Of a DNA stretch of 64,000 bases, positions 18,593 through 28,279 are shown piece after piece. The DNA comes from Candidatus Poseidoniales archaeon. GTDB taxonomy: Archaea; Thermoplasmatota; Poseidoniia; Poseidoniales; Thalassarchaeaceae. The position numbers and the translations under genes were made by a program. The notes under the pieces are model-generated. The model saw only the letters and a list, made by a program, of their open reading frames with translations. It made no database searches and was not told where the DNA came from. Within the stretch, counting starts at the first letter, position 1. Each line of letters starts with the position of its first letter. The stretch lies in assembly GCA_012964335.1 (NCBI GenBank), contig DTUF01000022.1, positions 30,195-94,194 of the forward strand. Direction: 5' to 3'.

Positions 18593-19642
18593 TTATAGCC
18601 ACATCTCACAGCCATCACAGTACCAAGCACTATGTTGAGTATAGAGAGGCGCACCTTTACCGCAACCTGTGCACTCTTTGGTTACGCCTTCACCAAATAG
18701 TGTTATGACAATCTCAATATGTCTCTCTTCTGTAATTCCTAGATGTTGTCTCATGGCCCAAAGCAGTTGATCTTCACTGGGAGTGATAACTCCATCCGAA
18801 AGTACTAATTCGACCGCAGTTTGGTAATCTGATTCTATGCCAACAGATGTGGGGTCCAGAACAACGCCGTCTTTTTCGGCAACCATATCTTTCCCGCCAG
18901 GGTCGTCTATAAAGAGCACAAGTGAAGATGGATTTAGACTGTTGTCTCTCAATTCAAATGTCACAACATTCTCGTCATTATTAGCATATACAAACTTACT
19001 TTCTTTATTTATTATTGACGCGATATTACGTGCAGTGTCAGCGATTGTTCTGCCTCGTCTCCATCCATTATCGGAATCTTCGTTTAGTAAGTAAAATTCA
19101 GTCCCCATCCCTGGATATTCAATTCTTACCTCTTCGCCTCCGTCAAAATCATTACTCATTAGAGTTAATTTCCCAACCTCAGTATCAAGAATATTGTCAT
19201 CCTCATCGAAACTAACAATGAGAGGTTTTCGTTCCTCTTCTGCAACATTGAAATGACCATGCATTCCTTCAATCCACTTATCTTGCAGACGTGTCAACCC
19301 CTGTTCTTGTTCACTGGTTAATTTTTCATCAATCCCTAATACTCTAGATAATCCTGTACCTGATTCCATTTCTTGTTTAAATTCTTCAATCAATTTAGCT
19401 TCTGTTCTAACCGATTCATGAGAACGAGTTTTTCTAGAAGATTGACTATTTGGATCGGCCCACTCATATTGACAGCGGTCACAAGTGACATATCCTGGGA
19501 TTGATGAAGAACTACTGACACCACCACAACGCGGGCAATCTCCATCTTCAATGGGAGTCAAATTTTCCTTGGCTTCAGCTAGGCCTTTGGTCCCCTTGAC
19601 AGGCTTCTTACGGAATGCCATCAAAACCTTGTGGAACCCCAT
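18593..19642 (-). CDS. hypothetical protein with N- and C-terminal zinc ribbons and a TerB-like helical motif
   Basis: CPRC..CDRC; VLSDGVITPSEDQLLWAMRQHLGITEERH; CTGC..CDGC; TTCAA box at -30. Confidence 0.8.
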   Translation of the reverse strand: MGFHKVLMAFRKKPVKGTKGLAEAKENLTPIEDGDCPRCGGVSSSSSIPGYVTCDRCQYEWADPNSQSSRKTRSHESVRTEAKLIEEFKQEMESGTGLSRVLGIDEKLTSEQEQGLTRLQDKWIEGMHGHFNVAEEERKPLIVSFDEDDNILDTEVGKLTLMSNDFDGGEEVRIEYPGMGTEFYLLNEDSDNGWRRGRTIADTARNIASIINKESKFVYANNDENVVTFELRDNSLNPSSLVLFIDDPGGKDMVAEKDGVVLDPTSVGIESDYQTAVELVLSDGVITPSEDQLLWAMRQHLGITEERHIEIVITLFGEGVTKECTGCGKGAPLYTQHSAWYCDGCEMWL

Positions 19643-19741
19643 CGGTGATATGGGTTGCGTTGTATAGTTGAATGGAACGTTGGTAGAACAATGGGTTGAC
19701 CCAAACCGGCGCGGTTATCAACAAAGCGCGAGTCGGCCCGT

Positions 19742-20428
19742 TTGATGATACGAGAGTGTGAACTACATGGTACCTTTGAAGGGGAACTTTGCCCTGCCTG
19801 CAATAGCGAAGGTAAATTCATTATGAATGGAAGCGAGAGAGACCAAATAGCCCGTAGAATGGCTGGTATACTTCGTCATTTCCCTGAGAAATTCGATTTA
19901 GAAATGGATATAAATGGATGGGTTAGCATTCGAGATTTATCTAATGCTATCGCACGGAAAGATAAACGGAAGCATTGGCTAAGGGACCGCCATATCCAAG
20001 CAATTGTCGATACTGATCCTAAAGGCCGTTACGAAATTAGAGGAGGCAATGTAAGAGCCACCTATGCACACACAGTTGAAATTGAACTTGACTTGCCAAC
20101 AGACAACATTCCTGAATTATTATTCTACCCTGTAGCACGAGATGAACTAGACATCCACCTAGAAGGTGGTATCCATCCAGGTGGGAGAAAATGGGTACAT
20201 CTTTCTAAGACTATCACCAATGCTGCAAATGCAGGTGCCGTCCATCACTTTCAACCAGCTATCATAGAAATCGACATTATTCAAATGCAAGCATCTGGAA
20301 ATACAATTTTCCATGCTGGAACTACTGTCTACCTGACTGAAGTAGTTGATGCTGAGTTCCTCTCACATGTCCCTTATGATGATACTGAGTATGCTCTCAT
20401 GCTTGGAGAATGGGGCGAAGAAGAGTGA
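19742..20428 (+). CDS. kptA: RNA 2'-phosphotransferase (Tpt1/KptA)
   Basis: GILRHFPE, MDINGWV, KGRYE, VRATYAHT and RKWVHLS motifs. Confidence 0.93.
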   Translation: MMIRECELHGTFEGELCPACNSEGKFIMNGSERDQIARRMAGILRHFPEKFDLEMDINGWVSIRDLSNAIARKDKRKHWLRDRHIQAIVDTDPKGRYEIRGGNVRATYAHTVEIELDLPTDNIPELLFYPVARDELDIHLEGGIHPGGRKWVHLSKTITNAANAGAVHHFQPAIIEIDIIQMQASGNTIFHAGTTVYLTEVVDAEFLSHVPYDDTEYALMLGEWGEEE

Positions 20429-20761
20429 TTACTTTCTTTGATAACCACATACTTGACAGAAACTAAACTCACCACTTTGTGGTTCATCACATTCAGGGCA
20501 ACTCTCTGAGTCTACTACTGAAACTTCTTCATCTGAATCTGATGAAGAAATTAATCTGACTGATGGAGATTCTTCAAAAATGATTGATTCAACTAATTCT
20601 CTTTCCTCAACAGACTTGACAAATTCAATAGCTTCAAACAGTGCTGCTTCCAATTTCATAATTCTCTGTTTTCTTTGGTTAATATTTGAGATGTCTTCGG
20701 CTTCAACTAACTGTTCTTGTAGATATCTGCGCAGTTGGTCTACTGTTGCATCCTGAGTCAT
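20429..20761 (-). CDS. small coiled-coil protein with C-terminal zinc ribbon
   Basis: Helical charged N-terminus and CPEC..FCQVCG; ORF opens at 20827, ATG 20761 chosen. Confidence 0.7.
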   Translation of the reverse strand: MTQDATVDQLRRYLQEQLVEAEDISNINQRKQRIMKLEAALFEAIEFVKSVEERELVESIIFEESPSVRLISSSDSDEEVSVVDSESCPECDEPQSGEFSFCQVCGYQRK

Positions 20762-20835
20762 TGTTCTGCGCACTCTATCGCCCCTAATCAACACGGCGGC
20801 TTGATAGAGTTCTATACACAATAGCAATTGACTTC

Positions 20836-21675
20836 ATGGTGGTCCCTTTCCGACTAATCATGGAAAGCCCTGTCATCATCAAGTTAGGTGGTGGCCTCAT
20901 CACCCAAAAAGATCAATTATGCACTCCAAAAATCGATATTATTCGAAATCTGGCAAAGTCAATACATCATCTAGTTAAGATGAATAGACGTGTAATCATC
21001 GTTCATGGCGCTGGGAGTTTTGGCCACCTAAAGGCAAAATCCTGGAAGCTTCATGAAGGTAGAACCGATGAAGGTCTCCCTATTGAAGGTGAATTTAAAA
21101 CCCAGATTGAAGCAATTAATTCGGTCAGGCAAGATATGAAAAATCTAAATCAATTAGTTTCAAACGAATTTAATAAATTGGGAATGTCAACAATTTCCCA
21201 TTCACCTCATACTTGGGCATTTGAAACCGGTGCAAACTTTGTTGGAGATTTAAACCGGTTCAATATGGTAGAACACTCAGTTCACATTACACATGGTGAT
21301 GTTGTTGATTGTAAAGGGACAACAGAATTCGGTATATTGAGCGGAGATGATATTTGCTATAGACTAGCAGTAGAACTTGATGCATCACACATGATATTTG
21401 CAATGGGGGGGGCATCTGGAGTAATGACATTACCACCTTCAAATCCAGAATCTAAACTAATACCAGTGTGGACGCCAAACAAACAATTTCAGGGTCAACA
21501 TCAATCAGACATTGATGTGACTGGTGGAATCTATCTAAAACTCAGTGTTGCAGAGAAAATTAGTCAACATGTACCAATGGTTTGGATAATTGATGGAGAG
21601 TGCCCTGAACGTATTGGAGAAGTAGTTCAAAATGGGGAAACATATGGCACTAGAATAATTCCCGAATCTCCGTAG
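20836..21675 (+). CDS. ipk: isopentenyl phosphate kinase
   Basis: IKLGGGLIT, VHGAGSFGH, HGDVV, ILSGDD and DVTGG motifs; adjacent to prenyltransferase; start may be ATG 20860. Confidence 0.92.
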   Translation: MVVPFRLIMESPVIIKLGGGLITQKDQLCTPKIDIIRNLAKSIHHLVKMNRRVIIVHGAGSFGHLKAKSWKLHEGRTDEGLPIEGEFKTQIEAINSVRQDMKNLNQLVSNEFNKLGMSTISHSPHTWAFETGANFVGDLNRFNMVEHSVHITHGDVVDCKGTTEFGILSGDDICYRLAVELDASHMIFAMGGASGVMTLPPSNPESKLIPVWTPNKQFQGQHQSDIDVTGGIYLKLSVAEKISQHVPMVWIIDGECPERIGEVVQNGETYGTRIIPESP

Positions 21676-21734
21676 GAGATTATACCATCTCGTTATAGAG
21701 GCAAAACCCCTCAGATAGGATAGTTGGTGAGGCG

Positions 21735-23423
21735 ATGAGCAAGAACAGTCCATTCCTTGACGATGAATATGATGAATCACAAAGTGAAATGATGAATGAA
21801 ATGGTCATCCTTGTAGATGAAAATGACTTTCAAATAGGTTCAATGTCTAAAGTAGATAGTCACATTGGTGAAGGGACACTCCATCGTGCATTTAGTGTAT
21901 TATTGTTCAATTCTTCTCAAGAATTATTGATTCATAAACGAGCGGATACGAAGATTACTTTTCCATCAGTGTGGGCCAACACATGCTGCAGTCACCCCCT
22001 TGACATAGAAGATGAAACTGAAATGGAAGGCGATCTGGGAGTAAAACGTGCCGCAATTCGCAAGATGAAACAAGAACTCGGAATTCCTGCTGAACAATTG
22101 CCAATTGAAGATTTTCACCTAATAACAAAAATGCATTATCGAGCGCGAGCAGATATTAAATGGATAGAACATGAATTAGACCACATCCTATTGATTCAAG
22201 CTGATGTAGATTTGGATATTAATCCTAATGAAATTTCTGAAATACGCTGGGTAAATAAATCACAATTAGAAGACCTAATATCTAATTCCCCAAATAATGG
22301 GGAGTTCATTGCTCCTTGGTTCAATGAAATATATTCACGTTTTACATCTCAATGGTGGGGTCATCTTGATGAGGTGAGTTCACTTCAGGACAATGTGGTT
22401 CACCATATTGGGGATGTAACTACTAGCGAGGACAATTCCTTACTAGATGCGTTAAAGGGCCATGCGGCCGAGGTCGAAGGTAGAATAGTAACTGCTCTAG
22501 AAAAATCGAACCATGAACGTTTGAGAAAAGCGATGATGCACCTTATTGAGGGAGGGGGGAAACGACTGCGTGCAATTTTACCCTGGTTAGTTGCAGATGC
22601 TTGCGGTGGTTCATCAGATTCACTGTACGACCTAGGAGCGGCAATCGAAATCATCCATAATTTCACCTTAGTTCATGATGACATTATGGATAATGATGAA
22701 CTAAGAAGGGGCAGAGAAGCAGTACACATTGCTTACGACATGCCTACTGCAATCAATGCCGGAGATGCTATGCTTGCGGTGTCCTTCGAATTACTAAGTG
22801 AGGCCGAGGCAATTTCTTCAGAAAATTTCCGTTCTTTAGTTTCAATAATTGGGAAGATGGTTCGAAAGGTATCAGAAGGCCAACAACTTGACATGGATTT
22901 TGAAAATAGAGACTTTGTCAGTGAGGATGAGTATTTAGCCATGATTTCAGGGAAAACAGCTGCAATGTTTACGACTTGTGCAAGAACGGGGGCAATTCTA
23001 TCTGGTGCAGCCCCGGATGTGATAGAGAATTTAGCCCATTGGGGTGAAAACCTAGGCCTCTGCTTCCAATTGATGGATGATTTGATAGATGCTACCGGCG
23101 ACAGCGAAACTCTTGGCAAACCAGCTTGTAGTGATGTCATAGAAGGAAAGCGAACCCTCATTGCAATTCATGCATTAGGATTGGATCCGGAGAATTTGCC
23201 AATATTCCATAGAGTTTTTGGTTCAGGAAATGAGGACACACCTCGGGAAACTCTTGATGGAGTTCTAAGAGAACTACAAGCTGCAGGTTCAATCGATTAC
23301 GCAAAAACAAAAGCAATGGGATATCACCAACAGGCTCACACCTGTCTAGACAAACTCCCAGATTCACCTGCATTGTCTATCCTGAGACAATTAACTGACT
23401 GGCAACTCATAAGAATATCTTAA
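21735..23423 (+). CDS. fusion of type-1 isopentenyl-diphosphate delta-isomerase (Nudix) and geranylgeranyl diphosphate synthase
   Basis: N-half HRAFSV, NTCCSHP and WIEHELDHIL; C-half GGKRLR, FTLVHDDIMD (FARM), GQQLD, KTA and DDLID (SARM). Confidence 0.92.
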   Translation: MSKNSPFLDDEYDESQSEMMNEMVILVDENDFQIGSMSKVDSHIGEGTLHRAFSVLLFNSSQELLIHKRADTKITFPSVWANTCCSHPLDIEDETEMEGDLGVKRAAIRKMKQELGIPAEQLPIEDFHLITKMHYRARADIKWIEHELDHILLIQADVDLDINPNEISEIRWVNKSQLEDLISNSPNNGEFIAPWFNEIYSRFTSQWWGHLDEVSSLQDNVVHHIGDVTTSEDNSLLDALKGHAAEVEGRIVTALEKSNHERLRKAMMHLIEGGGKRLRAILPWLVADACGGSSDSLYDLGAAIEIIHNFTLVHDDIMDNDELRRGREAVHIAYDMPTAINAGDAMLAVSFELLSEAEAISSENFRSLVSIIGKMVRKVSEGQQLDMDFENRDFVSEDEYLAMISGKTAAMFTTCARTGAILSGAAPDVIENLAHWGENLGLCFQLMDDLIDATGDSETLGKPACSDVIEGKRTLIAIHALGLDPENLPIFHRVFGSGNEDTPRETLDGVLRELQAAGSIDYAKTKAMGYHQQAHTCLDKLPDSPALSILRQLTDWQLIRIS

Positions 23424-23427
23424 TTTG

Positions 23428-23449
23428 TTTACAATACTAAGATTGTAAA
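23428..23449. terminator. AT-rich hairpin between convergent idi-GGPPS and EF-2 genes
   Basis: TTTACAAT-actaag-ATTGTAAA, 8-bp perfect stem. Confidence 0.3.
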
Positions 23450-23468
23450 ATATTAATCAATAAACGAC

Positions 23469-25676
23469 TCAATCAGAGTAGTAAGTTTCAGTAGGTATTT
23501 CTGGTTTCAGACCCTTTCGTTGGCGAATTTCACCTACTACTTTCTCAAGTAATGACCTTGGCAATTCTTCAAACCCACAATTTTCAGTATTCCACACAGC
23601 CCTGCCTTGACTAGCGGCACGAATATCATTTGAAAATCCAAAAGTTTCAGCGACTGGAACTTTTCCGATAACTGTTGTGATTTCACCATCAGATGGCATA
23701 TCTTCAATTTCACCACGGCGCTGTGTGATTTCTCTTGTGACACCACCTAACCAATCATTTGGTACAGACACATGCATCTTTTGGATTGGCTCCATCAGTG
23801 CAGTGTTAGCTCTAACTAGAGCACCTTTGATGGCATTTCTCATTGCTGGAATTGTTTGAGCAGGTCCTCGGTGGATTGCATCTTCGTGAAGTTTAGCGTC
23901 TTTGAGTTTAACCATAACGCTCATGAGTGGCTCTTCAGCGATTGGCCCTTTCTTACACACTTCATTGAACGCCTCAATTAGCAATTCCTTAGTTTCGTGA
24001 AGATATTGGATACCTTTCGTGTCATTAACTAATACATTAGTTCCGTTGATTGCATAGGTCTTACGCATCAAATCTTTATCCATGCCGTATTCAGCAAATT
24101 TTCTACCCATTTCCTTAGCGTCATTTGGTCGAATAGTTCCAGAACCAATTTCGCCTTGACGAAGTGCATCTACTACCTCTTCTGGGAGTTGTTCAACTTC
24201 AATGTAGAATCGGTTGTGACGGTTTGGGGATTTTCCTTCAAACGCTCGGCCATGATTATTTCCGGAAGTCGTTTCGCGATAAACAACAATTGGTTCTGAG
24301 ACTGAGACTTTGATTCCTTGTTCTACCTCAATTCTATAAGTTGTAATCTCAAGATGAAGTTCACCCATTCCTGCAAGTAGTGCTTCTCCTGTTTCTGCAT
24401 TAGTGGTAACTTGCAATGAAGCATCTGCTTTTGCAAGGGAACGTAATGCATCAATGAATTTCGGCAAATCTTTCATTGATTTAGGTTCAACTGCCACAGT
24501 TACTACTGGTTCTGAATAATGTCTGATTGCCTCAAATGGAATGATGTCTTTATCACGTGCAACTGTTACCCCAGCCGCGGCTGAACGTATACCAGTAATT
24601 GCTGCAATATTTCCTGCTACAATCTTTGGAATAGAGATACGGTCACTTCCAACCATCATACTGACTTGTTGAACACGTTCGGCTTTACTTCCTCCAATAG
24701 CCCACAAACTCTCACCATGATTAATGGTCCCTGAGTATAGACGTCCTACAGCAACTTCGCCAGCGTGGGGGTCCATCCAAATCTTAGTAATCATGAGTGC
24801 AAGTGGTCCTTCTGGGTCACAATTAATCATTGCTTGACCCAATTCAGATTCAGAATCACCATTCCAGATATTAGGAATACGGTATGGTTGTGCAACAACG
24901 GGGCTAGGTAGTTGAGAAACCGCCATATCTAACAGCACCTCGTGTACAGGTGCCCTTTTTGCTAATTCTTTTTGTTCTTCATTATTACAATAATCAAAGA
25001 TATCTTTGAAGGAAATACCTGATTTTTGCATATACGGGACTGTAATCCCCCAATTATGGTAAGCAGAACCGAATGCAACGGTGCCATCTGCAACACTAAC
25101 TTGCCAAGATTTCTTGTATTCATCAGGTGCGAATTGACGAATTAATTTGTTCACCTTGGTAATCTGTTCCATGAATCGTTCTTGCATGTCTTCAGGTGTA
25201 ACTTGCAATTCGTTAATGAGTCGGTCTACTTTGTTTATGAACAGTACTGGTTTCACCTTTTCTTTTAGTGCTTGACGCACAACAGTTTCAGTTTGTGGCA
25301 TTGCACCCTCAACTGCGCACGTTAAGATAAAACAGCCGTCAACTGCGCGCATTGCTCTTGTAACGTCACCACCGAAGTCAACGTGACCAGGGGTATCAAT
25401 CAAATTGATGAGATAATCTGTGCCTTCAATTTCGTGAACCATTGAAGCTGATGCAGCATTAATGGTTATTCCTCTAGCAGCTTCCTGTTCATCGAAATCA
25501 AGAACCCTACTTTTCCCTGCTAATTCCTCACTCATCATGCCAGCACCAGCAATCAAATTATCAGAAAGAGTGGTTTTACCATGGTCAATATGTGCAGCAA
25601 TACAGAGGTTTCGAATTCGATCTCTATCGTGCATCACTTCTGTTGCTTTTGCGATGTTGTCTTCCTTTCGTCCCAT
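23469..25676 (-). CDS. fusA: translation elongation factor EF-2
   Basis: AHIDHGKTT, DTPGHVDF, NKVD, GMGELHLE and HEDAIHRG (diphthamide His) motifs. Confidence 0.98.
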   Translation of the reverse strand: MGRKEDNIAKATEVMHDRDRIRNLCIAAHIDHGKTTLSDNLIAGAGMMSEELAGKSRVLDFDEQEAARGITINAASASMVHEIEGTDYLINLIDTPGHVDFGGDVTRAMRAVDGCFILTCAVEGAMPQTETVVRQALKEKVKPVLFINKVDRLINELQVTPEDMQERFMEQITKVNKLIRQFAPDEYKKSWQVSVADGTVAFGSAYHNWGITVPYMQKSGISFKDIFDYCNNEEQKELAKRAPVHEVLLDMAVSQLPSPVVAQPYRIPNIWNGDSESELGQAMINCDPEGPLALMITKIWMDPHAGEVAVGRLYSGTINHGESLWAIGGSKAERVQQVSMMVGSDRISIPKIVAGNIAAITGIRSAAAGVTVARDKDIIPFEAIRHYSEPVVTVAVEPKSMKDLPKFIDALRSLAKADASLQVTTNAETGEALLAGMGELHLEITTYRIEVEQGIKVSVSEPIVVYRETTSGNNHGRAFEGKSPNRHNRFYIEVEQLPEEVVDALRQGEIGSGTIRPNDAKEMGRKFAEYGMDKDLMRKTYAINGTNVLVNDTKGIQYLHETKELLIEAFNEVCKKGPIAEEPLMSVMVKLKDAKLHEDAIHRGPAQTIPAMRNAIKGALVRANTALMEPIQKMHVSVPNDWLGGVTREITQRRGEIEDMPSDGEITTVIGKVPVAETFGFSNDIRAASQGRAVWNTENCGFEELPRSLLEKVVGEIRQRKGLKPEIPTETYYSD

Positions 25677-25680
25677 CAGT

Positions 25681-25697
25681 CTTCACCTTCGGTGAAG
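25681..25697 (-). promoter_or_regulatory. hairpin containing the EF-2 Shine-Dalgarno sequence
   Basis: mRNA CUUCACC-GAA-GGUGAAG, 7-bp perfect stem ending 4 nt before the AUG. Confidence 0.5.
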
Positions 25698-25785
25698 CCG
25701 CCGACCTAACATCGGTTCATAAAGGCCACCACCCCAGTTACTTGGTGGATGTGACAACCATTCCATCAGTTATCGTTCCGTTGAC

Positions 25786-26943
25786 TCAAGAAGTTAGTGG
25801 AGAAGAGGGTTGCATCATTTCATCTAAAAGGATCTGGAATTCAGAATTTATTCTAAGGATATTCTCTTTTGTTTGTACTATTTGGTCAACAATTATACGT
25901 CTAGCATTTGAACTTGATTTACGTAATTGTTCACGCTTTTCATCTAGATATCTCAAAGTGTCTCGCATCGCAGCAATACATTCTTTACTTCGTAATTCAA
26001 ACATATTCATTTCAATCTCGTCGTGATTCGGTTGAGATTCGATAGCAATTTTCGAAAATGACGTCCTCATTTTTGCTGTTTCAATTGATGATTTCGGAGT
26101 TTTATTTAGATTTGAATTAAATTTAACTAGAGACCAAGCCTTAATCCACCACTTTGATGGATCCCATTGCCACCATCTAATTCCATTGCGATAATCCGCT
26201 TGAAAAGCGTGATGAAAGTTATGGTACCCTTCTCCAAATGTGAAAAAAGCAAGCCAAAGAGAATCCTTACTACTGTTGCTCGTAGTATAGGATTGTTTTC
26301 CCCATACATGTGCTGCGGAATTTATCAAGAATGTTCCGTGGTGCACAAAAACTGTTCGAACTAAGCCACCCCAAATAAATCCACCAATAGCAGTTGGGAT
26401 TCCACCAATAGCATAACCTACTATTGCTGGGGCCACCATACCAAACAAGAAACCGATAGAAAAAATGAAGCGATGTTGCAATCTGATTACCCAATCTTTC
26501 TGCAAATCCCGAACATTAGAATAGTCTACTTCCCCATCTTGTTCATCTATTAATATCCAAAAGAAATGACTCCACCAAAAACCTCTCGTAGCATTATATG
26601 GGTCGCCTTCTTGGTCAGTTTCTTTATGGTGGCGGCGGTGATCACTGCACCATTCCAAAATTGAATTTTGAAAAGCACCTGCACCAAATAATGCATAAAA
26701 TATCCTTAGGGGCAATACTGTTTGATGACTCCTGTGAGAAAATAGTCTGTGGTAACCAACAGTAATAGATAGTCCACAAGCGAAATACCAAACAAAAAAT
26801 ATGCTAAATTCAACCCAAGTAATGCCATATGTTATGCCATGCCAAATTGAACCTATCAAAGCCAAAACTGGAGTGAGAATAAGAAAAATTACGTTTATCC
26901 AATTCAACTTTAATGGTTTTTTATTGTCGATTGAATTGGACAC
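25786..26943 (-). CDS. delta-9 acyl-CoA (fatty acid) desaturase
   Basis: Three His boxes (GYHRLFSH, HRRHH, GEGYHNFHH); DPY; DYRNGIRWWQWDPSKW; TM helices; C-terminal coiled coil. Confidence 0.93.
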   Translation of the reverse strand: MSNSIDNKKPLKLNWINVIFLILTPVLALIGSIWHGITYGITWVEFSIFFVWYFACGLSITVGYHRLFSHRSHQTVLPLRIFYALFGAGAFQNSILEWCSDHRRHHKETDQEGDPYNATRGFWWSHFFWILIDEQDGEVDYSNVRDLQKDWVIRLQHRFIFSIGFLFGMVAPAIVGYAIGGIPTAIGGFIWGGLVRTVFVHHGTFLINSAAHVWGKQSYTTSNSSKDSLWLAFFTFGEGYHNFHHAFQADYRNGIRWWQWDPSKWWIKAWSLVKFNSNLNKTPKSSIETAKMRTSFSKIAIESQPNHDEIEMNMFELRSKECIAAMRDTLRYLDEKREQLRKSSSNARRIIVDQIVQTKENILRINSEFQILLDEMMQPSSPLTS

Positions 26944-27047
26944 AATATCACAACACCATTGTTAGTAGTTCATTTGGTATTCTATTAGCACTATTAACTT
27001 CAAGGACCTTAGTTCCTACAACGGAGCAGTTTCATGAATTGAAATTA

Positions 27048-27692
27048 TCACCGTGCAGATGCAGCGATTCTTTCAACTTCTTCTCTCTTACCTATTGCGT
27101 AGGATGTGACATCCCCATTCGCAGCTTTTGAGATTTCAGTAACAATACCCTGGGTCAGTGTTCGAGTACTCTTACGTGTTGCTTGAGTAGAACCTGTTGC
27201 TAGGTGTCGAATGGCGACATCAATTCGGCGCATTGGCGCACTGTCAACTGCTTTTGGCTGACTAACTGCTCCAAATTTAATTCGTGTAATCTCTTCCATT
27301 GGTGCTGAATTTGCTAATGCGTCTACAAACACTTGTAGTGGATTGGTATCATCTCTCTCTGCAATACGGTCCAAAGCTGCCTCAAATGCTTTTGTAGCAG
27401 TAATCTTCTTGCCAGTATATTTTCCAGTTCTCATCAATCCGTTGATAAATCTCTCAACAATGGATAACTTGCTCTTTCCAAACCAAGCGTTAGCGTGGCG
27501 TCCTCCTGTGTGAGGTACACCTACCGTTTTGAGATTGATGTAAGGTGCGATACCTGGGTCCTCACAAGATACAGTAGTAGCATCCCATTTGTTGAATACA
27601 AGAGTCCCAATACCTGCGATTGGAGTTTCATTGATTACCTTCTCTTCAGCAGGTTCTTCTTCTTCGACTTCTACTTCTGCTTCATCACTCAT
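27048..27692 (-). CDS. rps7: 30S ribosomal protein S7 (uS7)
   Basis: SIVERFINGLMR, NPLQV, KAVD.AP.RR and ERIAASAR motifs. Confidence 0.97.
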   Translation of the reverse strand: MSDEAEVEVEEEEPAEEKVINETPIAGIGTLVFNKWDATTVSCEDPGIAPYINLKTVGVPHTGGRHANAWFGKSKLSIVERFINGLMRTGKYTGKKITATKAFEAALDRIAERDDTNPLQVFVDALANSAPMEEITRIKFGAVSQPKAVDSAPMRRIDVAIRHLATGSTQATRKSTRTLTQGIVTEISKAANGDVTSYAIGKREEVERIAASAR

Positions 27693-27701
27693 TATTTCAC
27701 C

Positions 27702-28130
27702 TCAGCGAATTGGCTTCTCTTTACGGCCTCTAACCATCTCATTTAGTGAGACACCATTGACCTTGATTACCTTGAACCTAACTCCAGGGATATCTCCGTA
27801 TGAACGACCCATGCGCCCACCGATTCCCTCTACCATGACTTCATCGTGTTCATCAATGAAATTGATTGCTCCGTCACCAGGTGCGAAAGCAGTCAACTTA
27901 TTTCCAGTACGGATTAAACTGATTTTTACAGCCTTACGGATACCTGAGTTCGGTTGTTTGGCTTCAATTCCAACCTTCTCAATCACAATACCCTTGGCTT
28001 GTGCTGAACCACCTAGGGGATCAGACTTTTGTTTGAGCTTAAGAACCCGCTTTTTGTATCCACGATCCTTCCAGCGAAACCGCTGTCTATCTCGCTTCAT
28101 TTTCGCACCAGCAAAAAGTCCTCTACCCAT
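27702..28130 (-). CDS. rps12: 30S ribosomal protein S12 (uS12)
   Basis: [18 protein letters not shown] and [10 protein letters not shown] motifs. Confidence 0.98.
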   Translation of the reverse strand: MGRGLFAGAKMKRDRQRFRWKDRGYKKRVLKLKQKSDPLGGSAQAKGIVIEKVGIEAKQPNSGIRKAVKISLIRTGNKLTAFAPGDGAINFIDEHDEVMVEGIGGRMGRSYGDIPGVRFKVIKVNGVSLNEMVRGRKEKPIR

Positions 28131-28279
28131 GGTTACACCTTGAAGCAGGCCGCCGTCCTACCTCGCATATATGAGTCCATCGGCATTGCATGCATAAGCA
28201 TAGCCGCAGGGCAACGATTGTAACGTGCTTCAAATATACGCCCCCAACCTTCAAGCGATGTATCTAAGTCGCCATCACA

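Noticed and set aside
27589-28143. 184-aa plus-strand ORF and the many similar antisense ORFs (e.g. 8064-8513, 59630-60112)
   Set aside because: Shadow frames antisense to well-supported genes, with no recognisable motifs
28131-28279. GC-richer intergenic region as tRNA or ncRNA
   Set aside because: No cloverleaf or T-loop; explained by divergent promoters and leaders of rps12 and ubiD
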